Of a stretch of 64,000 nt of DNA, positions 38,076-48,970 are shown one piece after another. The notes below the pieces were generated by a model. It made no database searches. It had not been told where the DNA came from and worked only from the letters and a program-made list of their open reading frames with translations. Position 1 is the first letter of the stretch, and each line of letters starts with the position of its first letter. Made by a program: the position numbers and the translations under genes. The DNA is from Schizochytrium sp. TIO01 (Eukaryota > Protista > Bigyra: Labyrinthulomycetes), in NCBI GenBank assembly GCA_004764695.1, contig SMSO01000025.1:930001-994000 (forward strand), in the 5' to 3' direction.

Positions 38076-39971
38076 ATGGGAAAGTCAAAAGTTCGTCGTA
38101 CGAAAGGCCAACGCCGTGCGCGTCAGCGGGCAGCTGCTGCCAACGGTGGTGACACTCGGGATAATGGTGCCAGTGTAGGAGCACCTCGCGGTGCAGATGT
38201 GAGGCGATCTGCTCTTCGAGAGAATGCACGCAAAGAAACCGTTGCTGTGGTCAAAGCTTTACAGTCGGCAGACGTTCAGCAGCGTATTCAAGCTCTGATT
38301 GCTCTCGCTTCAACTTTCGAGGCTGGACCTGAGAAGGCGCAGGAACAAAGCGAGGCCTTTCAGGTTCTTTTTATGTCAGGCGCCCTCCCAGTGTTCGTGG
38401 CGCGTCTTGCAGACACGGACCCAACGGTTCGTCATTTGGCAAGCGGAATTCTGTGTAACATGTGCTCTGCAGGAGCATCGGAAGTATCTACACGACTTGT
38501 GAATGCAGGCATTCACACAGGCGCCCTGGAGCTTGCAAAGCGCGCTATTCCTGCTACCAGTGAATATACCCAGGACCTCATGCAAACAAGGATCCGTGCC
38601 CTCGACCTCTTAACAGAATTGTGTGTTTCATCAGCTGCCGCTTTACGAGCTCTTGAAGACCTCGATGGATCAACCTTTGTCAGCATGGCCGCTCTGCTGG
38701 AGACTACAAGCGAAACAGAGCCTGCCCTGGCCATGGAGACTGTCGAACACTCTGCTCGTCTTCTAAATGTAGCTCTAGAGAGCAATCCTGTACTTGCGCA
38801 ATGCGTGTTCAAGAACGAAGCTGCTCGCAGCACCTTAACACGATTCTGTGCATCTCCCGCTGTCTCTGTGCCTGGAGGCACCCTTCCGGAGGGCACCGAT
38901 GTTAACGCCCTTAAACTTACACATGCGCGTGCTGCGATGCATGCTGCATCTGCGCTGATGTCTGTGGCAAGTACGTCTGCCGAGGCGGCGCAGACCTTAG
39001 ATCTGTCTCAGGTTTTTGCACGCTTGTTGAGTTTGGCTAACGAGACGCTCAACTTTGATGCTGTGGATCCGGAAGCTGCGTCACTTGTGCTAGAGGTTGT
39101 CGCAAGTTCATGTGCTGTGTCAAACGAAGGAGAAAATGAAGATGGGGACAGTCCAGCTCTGCGAAACGAAAAGGCATTGCGACGTGCTTGCGCAGATCAA
39201 ACCTCTCAGAATGAAATCGCACAACGTTGTGCCCATATTATCAGCTCTAGTCAAGAATCGTTAAATTCTCCTGTAGCACAAGAATTGGCTCCTCGTGCTT
39301 GTGGCTTGCTGGATAACCTTGTGCAAAATGCTAGTGTCGAGCAGGTCGCTGTTCTCGACCCACAAGGCATGTGGAATGCTACATTTGCTGTCTTCGAAGC
39401 AATATTAAAAACTATGGCCAGTGAGGGTGACAATGCGGTCGCAGCTCTTGAGGATTTTATTACAATGATGACTGCGTTTCAGTGGTCTCTCATACGCCGA
39501 GTGATCCAAATCCAGGATGAAAGTAATAAGATGAGCCGTGGTGCGCTGTCTTTGGACATTTCGCCAGCTCAACTTGCCTTGTTATTGGATGCTCGTGACT
39601 CTGGAATTCCTCCGCATGCGAGAGTCAACATTGTTGGAATGCTTGGGGTTCTTGGTGCAACATTCAACAGGTGGGATTCAGAGACTCTCAGTAAAATTGG
39701 CTCTGGTCTTCTAAACTCGGTTGTTGATGCTTCTATCTTCGTCGCTATCCAAGCTATAGACTCTTCAATCGATATGTTTTCTGCAGATGAATTGCATGAT
39801 CTCTTTATGAATCTCAAGGGCCTGGAAGTACTAAAGTCTGCTATCCCCCGCCTCAAGCTATGCTTAGATGACCAGGACTCCCGAATTGATCGCCAGAACG
39901 TTGATCTCGTCAAAACCAACGCAGAGGACTTTGTCGAATACAAACGTGATTTTATTCGTCAAAGAAGATAA
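38076..39971 (+). CDS. HEATR3: HEAT repeat-containing protein 3 / symportin Syo1
   Basis: Basic N-terminus MGKSKVRR; ARM region VRHLASGILCNM; C-terminal AIDSSIDMFSAD..F..L..LEVL..NAEDFVEYK. Confidence 0.8.
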   Translation: MGKSKVRRTKGQRRARQRAAAANGGDTRDNGASVGAPRGADVRRSALRENARKETVAVVKALQSADVQQRIQALIALASTFEAGPEKAQEQSEAFQVLFMSGALPVFVARLADTDPTVRHLASGILCNMCSAGASEVSTRLVNAGIHTGALELAKRAIPATSEYTQDLMQTRIRALDLLTELCVSSAAALRALEDLDGSTFVSMAALLETTSETEPALAMETVEHSARLLNVALESNPVLAQCVFKNEAARSTLTRFCASPAVSVPGGTLPEGTDVNALKLTHARAAMHAASALMSVASTSAEAAQTLDLSQVFARLLSLANETLNFDAVDPEAASLVLEVVASSCAVSNEGENEDGDSPALRNEKALRRACADQTSQNEIAQRCAHIISSSQESLNSPVAQELAPRACGLLDNLVQNASVEQVAVLDPQGMWNATFAVFEAILKTMASEGDNAVAALEDFITMMTAFQWSLIRRVIQIQDESNKMSRGALSLDISPAQLALLLDARDSGIPPHARVNIVGMLGVLGATFNRWDSETLSKIGSGLLNSVVDASIFVAIQAIDSSIDMFSADELHDLFMNLKGLEVLKSAIPRLKLCLDDQDSRIDRQNVDLVKTNAEDFVEYKRDFIRQRR

Positions 39972-40499
39972 TAATAAAAATACGCAATCGAATGGATCAG
40001 TGTGCGGTCTCTTTGTTCTAATAATGTATTCCCTGTCCTTTGCACACTTTTTAGTTTGAAATACAAAACGTATATGAGCTTGCCTATAGAGGCGCACATA
40101 GCATTTTAAAAACTTGAATTCATTTTCAGCGCATTCTCCATGTTTATACGTAACTTCTTTTGTAATCTTGTGGTTATAGAGACACGTGGAAGGTTTGCCG
40201 TTTCAGGGTTGCCTGTCCATTTAAAATCAGAATGTATCTGTCTTCAGAAGAGGAACTATCCAAGGCATCACCAAACTAGCTGATTTCCTTCAACAGACAA
40301 ACAAATATGCAAGCTTTTATAATTCGATTGTCTATAAATTGGGTTTATGCTTTGACAAAGTGAGCCAATAAAACTGATAAACAATATTCATACAAGAGTA
40401 AATTAAAATAGATCATGGATCTTAACTTCGGGAACGGAAGGTAACTTTCGAGATATGTCCTGTTCAGATGGATGAAGTTTATACGTGAGTAAATTTGAG

Positions 40500-43400
40500 T
40501 TACATGATAGTACACGCCCGGGATGCCTGGGTTTGTTGCTGCGGACTTTGAAAGGTTTGAGTTGCCTCTAAAGCTTTTGTTTTACTCTCAAGTTCGCGAA
40601 AATCGTCGTTTCGTCGGGTCAATTCCTTCGTAAGCAATTTTATTTTATTTTCCAGCTCTTTGTTAGCATCCTCCACAGCATTTGAACGCGTCTCAGCATG
40701 CTGCAAGCGATCTTGAGCTTCTGCAAGTTGTTGTGCAAGACTTGTGTACGCTTGTGATTCTTCCACTGCATCAGGAGCCTTGGTTTCTTCCTCTACGACA
40801 ACTGGGGCCTGGAAATGGACAGATTTTCGAGCCTTATCAACTTGATGTTCTGAAACGGAGCATATCTGATCTGCCCCAGGAGAATAGAGGGGCAGCTCTG
40901 GGTCAGGGCAGCCCCAAACTTGAAGCTCTAATGGTTCATGCTGCAAGTAAGTCACAAATTCCTCCGTTACTTTTATAGTGAATCGATTGACATGGTCAAA
41001 GCGAGGGTTAATTGTTTTCTGCGCACATGATGGAGTCCTTTGTGGATTTTCTTTGAAGAATTTGTAAGAGACAGCAACATTATTCGATAACTTTTTAGGT
41101 AGTCCATCAACTCCGTGCACCGTTACAGTTAAACGCAGTTCAGTACCTAAAATATCTAAAAGGGTTGTTTCTTCGTCTGTATCGAACCTCTCGAGAGCAT
41201 CCACTTGTTTCTCGTCCAAGGAAATGGACACATGTAGAGCACCATCTGTTTTCCCCTGAAATTGAATTACGGACGGAGTGTCGTCAATGTTAATAAAAAA
41301 GTCTAAGGGAGCAAGCATTACATATGCTTTGCCGATGAGTTGTTCTTCAGGAGGATCAAAAAATGGGTCATACTCTTGCCCATATATTTCCTCGACCTCT
41401 TCCATATCACGTCCAGCATCTACGAAATCCTCATACATTTCACGCATTAGATATAGACGATTTACGAACTTTTCAAGGGACCACATTATTGGCGTGTCCT
41501 CGTCGCTTTGAGTTACACGAATCCAAAGAGTTGTTTCCATGGTGCGAGCAATTTCATCCACATCGGTCTGTCTGGAAGGTTGGCCTTTATCTTTATGACA
41601 AGATGTTTGTATTGACCCCGAAGATGTTGCGACAGGCTGAAGTCCGAATCGTTTTCCTTTACTAAGCTCTTCTGATATAGCGTTCGCTTCAGATACCAAA
41701 GGCAGGGTTCTGAGGATTTCTTCTTCCAGCACAGCTTGCTTGCGTCGTTCATCATCTTTTTGAGCTTGAAGGCGGTGCGTACTATCGATTTGAGCTTGCA
41801 GCTTTGCTTCTAGTATGCGCTGCTCTTGCATCATGCGTTCCCTCTCAGCGTCGGTCGCAGCGCGTGCTTCTTCTTCAGCTCGCAATCGCTCTTGAGACAT
41901 TTGGAACTCAAGCTCACGGACTTTTTCCTGCATTACACGAGCCTCCTGCTCCGCCTTTTCTCGTGCTTCACGTTCGCCCACAGTTAAGCTAGTTATTTGT
42001 GATTCGTTGAGTTCGAGCATAGCACTATCCCATGAGTATTTATTTAGCAGAGCTTCCTTCTCCGAAGCATCATATCCCTTTTTGCATGAGTGGGGAACGA
42101 TGCATAGGAAAACATAATTGTTGCCTATGACAACACGATCTCCATGTTGGAGTTCTGCAGCACTGTTTTCAAAAACACGTTTTCCATTAACAAAGACTTT
42201 TGCTCCCTTACAAACTTCTAGAGTGAGGCTATTTTCTACTCGCGACACTGTGCAGTGCTCTTTTTGGATGCTCAAACCATTGAGAACGATTGTTTGTTGA
42301 TTTGGAGCATCCGCTCGACCAAGACGTGCAAGACCCTCCTCGAAAAAATATGTAAGTACACCTGACATTAGAGGGTCTTGATTTAAATTCATGATGTGAG
42401 GTGTTGAATGTATTTTCTGTGAACTTATACCCATACCTAGCTTTTCTAATGCTGCATTCCGCTCTGCCATTTGGTTTTGAGACTCCTTCAGTCGATCCTC
42501 CCAAGTCATCTCAGATTCTCGTAGGAGGCGTTCGTTTTCAGTCATTTCCTCTTTTATGCGTCGAACTTCTGCAGTTCCAGGACGAACTGCATCACCACTC
42601 GAACCTTGTGCGAGCATTTGTCTAAGCTGCTCAATCTCCTCTTTAAGACCTCTGATAAGCTTCTGATTAGGGTCTTCATTTACGATTGCCTTGTTTTTAA
42701 TTTGCTTGGCGCGATCAGCGTATCGCAGTGTACTCAATGTTTCATCATAGTTAACACAAGAAGGGCTAATGGCAGCAATCATAACAGTTTTGGCATTACC
42801 TCCCAGCGAATTTTTAAGGAGATGAGTCAACACAGAGTCACGATACGGAACGATGATGTTCTTTTTCTTGGTGTTTGTTGCCTGTTCTGCTAGAGCTGAA
42901 ATAACGTTACCAAGGGCTGAAAGACTCTGATTAATCGCGCAACCTTCTTTGAGTCGATCTCCACTAGCGCCAGTTCGATCTGCTCTTTCACTGCCTGCTA
43001 GATCAATAAGACTCACTGTGGATACTTTGTCCATCGCTTTACCAGCATCTTTGTCGATCGTCGTCTGCGTCACGACGACCTGAAATATCGTATGGGCACG
43101 TGAAGACGTTGCATTCATCGCTGTAGCAGCAACAGTACGTGCCCTAGTTCCAGCTTCCATCGCTTCTGAGATTTCATCGTAGCTACCTACGGCACTTTTC
43201 GTAAGGTTCTGTACATATGGTCCAGTTTTGGGATGGTCACGAACTTTCAGGCCTTTCCCATTATTGTCAGAAGCCGGGTTGAACAAATCTCTTACTTTCT
43301 CATTGTATATTTCTAGCATACTGGCCTCTACTTTGAAGGTTGTATCTGGACTTTTGTTGTTTGAAATCCGCTCAAAAATCTGCCTGCATGCTCGAGGAAC

Positions 43401-43942
43401 AATACCTTCCGCTCCAGGATACCCAATCTTGGCATTTTTATTTCGTTCAGAGTATACACAGTGGTCAATTATGCAAAACAATTGATCCGTATTTCACCAA
43501 TCCAAACACAAACTTCTATCGTCAGTGAATTTGTTCAGATTTTCTCAAGTAAGGCTTCTCGGCGGGAATACAAAGATCCTGCCTAACGTCGACCTTGCTA
43601 ACTTCTCTATTTCAAACCTACCATTGAGTGTGATTTTCCGGCTCCAGTTTGCCCGTATGCAAAGAGACTAACATTGAAACCTTTCCATGCATTATCAAGG
43701 ACGTCCATTCCTAAATCTTGCCAAACTGTCTCTTGGCTAGCATGGTCTGGATGCTCATCTGGCACAAAAGAATTATAAGAATAGTCAAAGGTATAAATTT
43801 TCTCCACTCCGGTGTCAGGGTTAATTATGATTGTTTGTTGTGTCTCTCTATCCATACGAATTATGTTTCTGATTCCTTTTGCTTTTTCATATTCATGAAT
43901 AAATGGACGAACTCGAACTGCAACCCGTACCGATTCGGACAT
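40500..43942 (-). CDS. Kinesin-3 (KIF28/KLP-6-like: motor, FHA, C2-like region, C-terminal CaaX); exons 43942-43622 and 43427-40500
   Basis: VRVAVRVRP, AYGQTGAGKS, SSRAH, LIDLAGSER, VPYRDS, ETLSTLRYA, NEDPN; FHA-like LGR..IQKEHC..VNG..HGDRVVIG; YDPFFDPPE; ends in CTIM*. Intron GTAGGT..CAAG joins SHSM|IGYPG. Confidence 0.93.
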
Positions 43943-45825
43943 AATGGAGGTTGAGACAGAACGTCGAATCGCTTCAGATCTTATGCATCAATTGGCAATG
44001 CCTTGCGCTTCCCACCAACTCAACCTAGAGATCACTTTCTCACTAGCTAGTGGCCTTCAGTTTCCATATGCATGCATTGTTGAAAAATCTCCCCTTCACT
44101 TCTGCAAATTGCATCGGTGCTTTCTCTGCCAGCCTTATAAAAAGTAGCATCTATAGTATATTCAGTAATTCTCATTTTAAAGCTTCTGCGAATAATAGTG
44201 TGCACTTCAGCCTTCCACCATCCTTAGGAGCTCTTTTACTTCTTATTATATGATTATCGAGACATGTGGATAATCATAAGTAACTACTATGGCATTTTAA
44301 AACGGCCATACTGTACAAGGACTGGAAAAGAGTTTTGTAGTAGCTAACCCGATTTAACCTGCCCATGTTTCGACATATCTCTGTAACAGGATAGGTACAG
44401 CCAAGGAGGATCATATGTAGAAATTGAAATTGTTCTGTGATCAGAATACGGTTCTCTATCAAGCTTGCTTCAGTAACACAACTCCACGAAGTGTTTATAC
44501 TATCTCACAGGCAAAGTAGTACCTTACGATAGATGAAGACTCTATGGGTAGAAAAACGGCAAATCTACAGGTACTTTTGAGCTTCGAAGGAGCTACTTTT
44601 ATGAAAAACTCTAATTGGTTGGTAGGTAGGTAGGTACCCTACTACTAGCCGATATCGATTTTGAAAATAATAGTAATACGAAAATGTGTAGGTGGGTTAG
44701 AAACTTTGGAATAGCAGAAGCCTTGTCATTGTTACCATGGGAAACATAAACTATGAATGGACGCGACTTGCAAGAAATATATACTCCAACGGGCCATTCA
44801 TAATTAGGTTCCTGCCCTTGGGAATCTCAGGCTATAGACTTCATCGCCTGCCAGGAATGACTAGCGTTTCTCAGTTTTGGCCAAACAAGCACTCCACATT
44901 GCCTGCTCTTAGTATGAATAGTAGGACAAAACCCTGATTGCCCAACCAAATTTGGGGAATAACCCAAGTACCCATATCCAATACTATTAAGTACTTAGGC
45001 GAACGGGGTGCTAAAGCAAAGAAAAACAGACAGTCAGTCCCTCTTCTTTTTTTGGGGTTGAAAGCTCCGGTATAAGAGGAACTCCTGTAGACAAGCCGAT
45101 AAAAGTAGAGAAAATGGCGCCCGCGTTACGTGGGTATTTATTTGAATATGACAAAGTAGGAATGCCTAGTTCTTTCTTAAGCAATTAGATCATATATGAA
45201 TATGAATCCATACATGTATATACATATACTTATATGAATCGCTATTAGTAGTACACTAGTAGGCATTCTACATGCTATGATCAACCTAGGGGCCATTTTA
45301 AATGTCTCCGAGACTTTAGTTTTGTCAGCCAGATGAGGTATGGCATGGTGGCCGTATACAAATAAGGAAAGTCGGATATCTGAAAGTGGCATCGAACACA
45401 GTACCACGGGCTGCTTGCGTAGATACTTTAATTCGTAGTGTGAGCTTACCCAGACCAACCCTCTAGTTTGCTTGCGACCAATCCTGCAATTCTCAGTTCT
45501 TACTCGAGTGATCCAGACGACTCAGTAAGGAGCACCGTAAGGACTTCATTCTTGACTTGAACCCTAACAACGACAGTGTCAAAGGTTTCCGTAAATCCTT
45601 CGCGGCTGCAGTGAACGTAAAAAAAATTGAAGGAAAAAGACCCACCCGCCTTGCCGAAGTCTCTGCAAATTGTTTAGGTCGATCGTGCCTGCGAATATTG
45701 ATAAGGCGACTAACCTGTTCGTGGAGCAATTCAGAAACAAGACAACAGGTCAACGCGTCAGGGTCTTTGTCGTTTGAAAAGTTTAGAAGTACCTCGACTG
45801 CTAAAGCTTCGAAATAAATCGTGGG

Positions 45826-47085
45826 ATGTTGTCCACTACAGATCTTCACAGAACAGCCAGCGCAGCTAACCGCCAGCCTTCATCCATTTTCATTCGTCTA
45901 GCTCGTCTGGCAGGGCTTGGAGGATATTTACTTGCAGCTTATCGCACATTTAAGGAAATGCAAAATGAAAGGCAACAGAAAGCCTTGCTTAAATGTTGGT
46001 GTTCCATAGGCATGTTACACTACGCCGGCACCCTGTTGCCAAGTCTTCAAGTCCTTGAAACATCCTTGGTTTTGTGTTTTGCTCTCTCACCCTCTCCACA
46101 TCACTCACATTGTATAAAGACCCCACCAGCTTTTACAAATCAACCCCGAACACGGGCAGATATTTTGCAAATGTACAAGGTCTTAAAGCAAGGTGAACTT
46201 ACAAGTATGGAGCACAACCAAGAGAAGTCAAACTTTATTTCTGTGCTCTTTGAATATATGTACCGATCCTTCGTCTCACGTTGCTTCAAGATTTATGAAT
46301 CTGCTTCATCCCGTGTATATGACTACCTCCTAGATGCACTTCGAATTCTTCTCATAAATTGGATTTCAAGAATGCTCAACTTGCTGTCAAAGTCTCAACT
46401 TCGGGAATTCCAATTGACCCTGCGGACATCTCTTCTACTTCTAAAACAGGAGCGATCCAAACGAAAACATCTTTCAACAGTTTCATCAAAATTACTGAAT
46501 GACGATGAAGAGGAGATTTCTGCGGAAATTCCAACAGCACAGCCACTTGATTGCTCAGGAAGATCCTCTTTTGAAAGGTATTGCTCTCCAGCTTCCCAGA
46601 ATAACTATTCTTTAAATGAAGAGCAGCATTATATCCACAAAAACATGTCAAACTTTGAAGCTATTGGGTCTGAAGCCACTCATTTGTGGAGATACCAAGA
46701 GCAAGAAGAGGAAATCGAGAAATATTGTGAGCGTGCAGGTGTCGGCATCTTGACAAGATCCCACCACTCTCGTCAATACAATCATTACTCTAGTGCAGAC
46801 TTTACTCAAAACCATTCCTCTGACAAAGCAAGAGATAATCTTGACTATTTTGAATACGAAGGAAAAGATCTCGACGAGAACCTTGACTATGCTAATGATA
46901 GACTTTGGAATCAGCAGGTTAGTCCAGAATCAAAATTAGAGAAACTCTCGATGAATTTCTCCCTCGAAATCGACTCGGAAGAAGAGGAAAAGTGTGGTAG
47001 CAACTATACAGATTTCCACACGAGTGCAAGTACCGATGTCCATATCGGCTACGAATTAGAATATGACACATCAGAAATGCTCTAA
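45826..47085 (+). CDS. Uncharacterised protein with a divergent HVA22/REEP(TB2/DP1)-like N-terminus and acidic tail
   Basis: 419-aa ORF. GYLLAAYRTFK...LLKCWCSIG resembles the HVA22 pattern GYxYPAYxSxK...WLxYW; family call is weak. Confidence 0.5.
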   Translation: MLSTTDLHRTASAANRQPSSIFIRLARLAGLGGYLLAAYRTFKEMQNERQQKALLKCWCSIGMLHYAGTLLPSLQVLETSLVLCFALSPSPHHSHCIKTPPAFTNQPRTRADILQMYKVLKQGELTSMEHNQEKSNFISVLFEYMYRSFVSRCFKIYESASSRVYDYLLDALRILLINWISRMLNLLSKSQLREFQLTLRTSLLLLKQERSKRKHLSTVSSKLLNDDEEEISAEIPTAQPLDCSGRSSFERYCSPASQNNYSLNEEQHYIHKNMSNFEAIGSEATHLWRYQEQEEEIEKYCERAGVGILTRSHHSRQYNHYSSADFTQNHSSDKARDNLDYFEYEGKDLDENLDYANDRLWNQQVSPESKLEKLSMNFSLEIDSEEEEKCGSNYTDFHTSASTDVHIGYELEYDTSEML

Positions 47086-47166
47086 CAATGTTTACAACAA
47101 CTACCGATATGTATATCAGCCACGAATTTGTATATGACACATCAGAAATGTTCTAATAATATTTAC
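47031..47166. repeat. Tandem duplication of about 65 bp (period 71) between convergent gene ends
   Basis: taccgat..atatc.gc.acgaatt..atatgacacatcagaaatg.tctaa.aat.tttac occurs at 47031 and 47102. Confidence 0.85.
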
Positions 47167-48970
47167 GGACTATTGCTACTAGGTGCAGTCTCAGGTGGGG
47201 TCAAAATAGAGGCCTGAGGGTGTGCCTCCTTGCCATCCTTTTGCAAATTGCGGAACTTTGTCTGTGCATCACTAGCAGCTTGCTGCCGAGCACTATCTTG
47301 TTGAAGAGGATCAGAATAGTAGCCCAACCCCTTCGAACCAAGGCGAAATACGAAGCCAGGGCGAGCGCCTTTAAATGTAGTGTGTGGGCCATCAAACACA
47401 CCTTCATCGAGGTTGATTTCAGCAACTGAGATGGGCTTTGACGGTGTGACATTATTCTCAAGAACCTCATAGTTCTCGACACACATGTCATGGAGGCCAA
47501 GTTCATCATCATCTTCATATGAGCGCTTGTAAAGATCCTCTTTCCAAATTGGGTTCTGGTTCAGGGGCAGTAGGACTGTAAATATAAGAGTTGGCCAGGG
47601 GATCTCGAATCACCAAGGTAAATGGGAACAGCACCACTGCAAACAGCCTCGAAGCTCTCCTCAAGTTCAGCAAAGCGTTGACGGGATGCTTCAGTGGCAG
47701 AGTCACCGGTAGCGAAGTCTGAGGCCTGCCCATCAAAGAGGCTACCCTTAATAAGAGACAAGAGACCTTCCACAGTGGTGTACATGCCACCAAGAGAGCC
47801 CTGCGTCACCTCGATCTCGAGTTCAGGGATGAACACACCAGCAGAATTACTTTTCACAACATCGCGATTCATGTCAAGATGCCATGTTTTCTCACCCTGC
47901 TCCTCAATGGAAGGGACCCGCAAACGAATCTCTTTGCCCATGTCTGGAATGGCCCCTCCACCTTTAACCTCACTCGTGCGGTAGCCACAAGAATCATTAG
48001 GGCAGTCAAACGCCATGATAATAATTTCCTTGAAAAAAGGGATATCAGTAATGCATGTCTTGGATGTGCCTTCGGTGCCGCAGTTAGGGCAGTTTGACGG
48101 AATCTGAAAAACCTCCTTGTCCATGATGTTCGAAAGCGGATCACCAGCTTTATCCCGGTTGATCGTGGAACCTTCAGGAGCGTGGAAAGTCTCCGCAATC
48201 TCCTGGCGCCGTTGTTCTAAGGTAGCCTCCGCCTCCAGTTCAGTCTCTGTTTTTGCAAGTTCATTGGCCAGCTCATCGTCTTCATAGTTCTCGACTTGCA
48301 GACCCAGCTCTTCATTTTGCTCTTTCGAGCGGATGTACCTAGTTACATGAAGTTTCGGGTCTGATTTCGGGGCATTAGGATTTTCAAGAAAAGAGTTGCC
48401 AGTAGGATCATCTAGAACAACATGCACTGGGAAAGAAAGACCGCTCAACATCATGGCCATGCGGGCAATAAACTCGTCCACTTGGGCAGCGACCTCAGGT
48501 GCAACGCGCCGGCGATCATCCTGGCTCTCCTTAAGTTCATCCATAGCAGTCTGAAGAATACCCTCGATGGTCGTAAATACACCTTTACCCTTGGGCACTT
48601 CAAATTCGAGCTCTTCTACAGTGAGTGTAGCATGATCGCTCTTAACGAGTTGGCGCTGAAGGTCCTCCGGGGTTTCAACACTCACTCGGTAACGGGTACC
48701 ACGATCCTGCACACGAGATCCGCTTTGAATCTCATTATTAGACCATCCACAGTGCGGGCATCTAAAGCTCATCAGGATGATCTCTCGAAAGAAAGGAATT
48801 TCCGTGAAAAGAAGCCGCGTCTTGCCATTCTTATGGCAATTCATGCAAAGGCTATCGAGCTCGGTGGGCATGTTCTTGTCTACAGAAACAACATCTCCAA
48901 TCTTCGGGTACATCGTTTCTTCGCCCTCTATCTGGGCTGGTGCTTCCACTTGCTCGGCAGCGGACGACAT
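47163..48970 (-). CDS. ZPR1: Zinc finger protein ZPR1; C-terminus split by two apparent +1 indels (~47625 and ~47543)
   Basis: Two Zpr1 modules (SLCMNC..IPFFREII..CPHCG..NNEIQ; CPNC..IPFFKEII..NEV-like SEVKGGG; GGMYTTVEGLL). The conserved tail FTLVIRDPLANSYI and YKRSYEDDDELGLHDMCVENY lies in shifted frames. Confidence 0.93.

Noticed and set aside
17916-48970. Apparent cluster of complex-assembly and biogenesis genes (RPL19, GPN1, TTI1, HEATR3, ZPR1, Rpp14-like)
   Set aside because: They are interspersed with unrelated genes and belong to a common functional class; there is no evidence of co-regulation.
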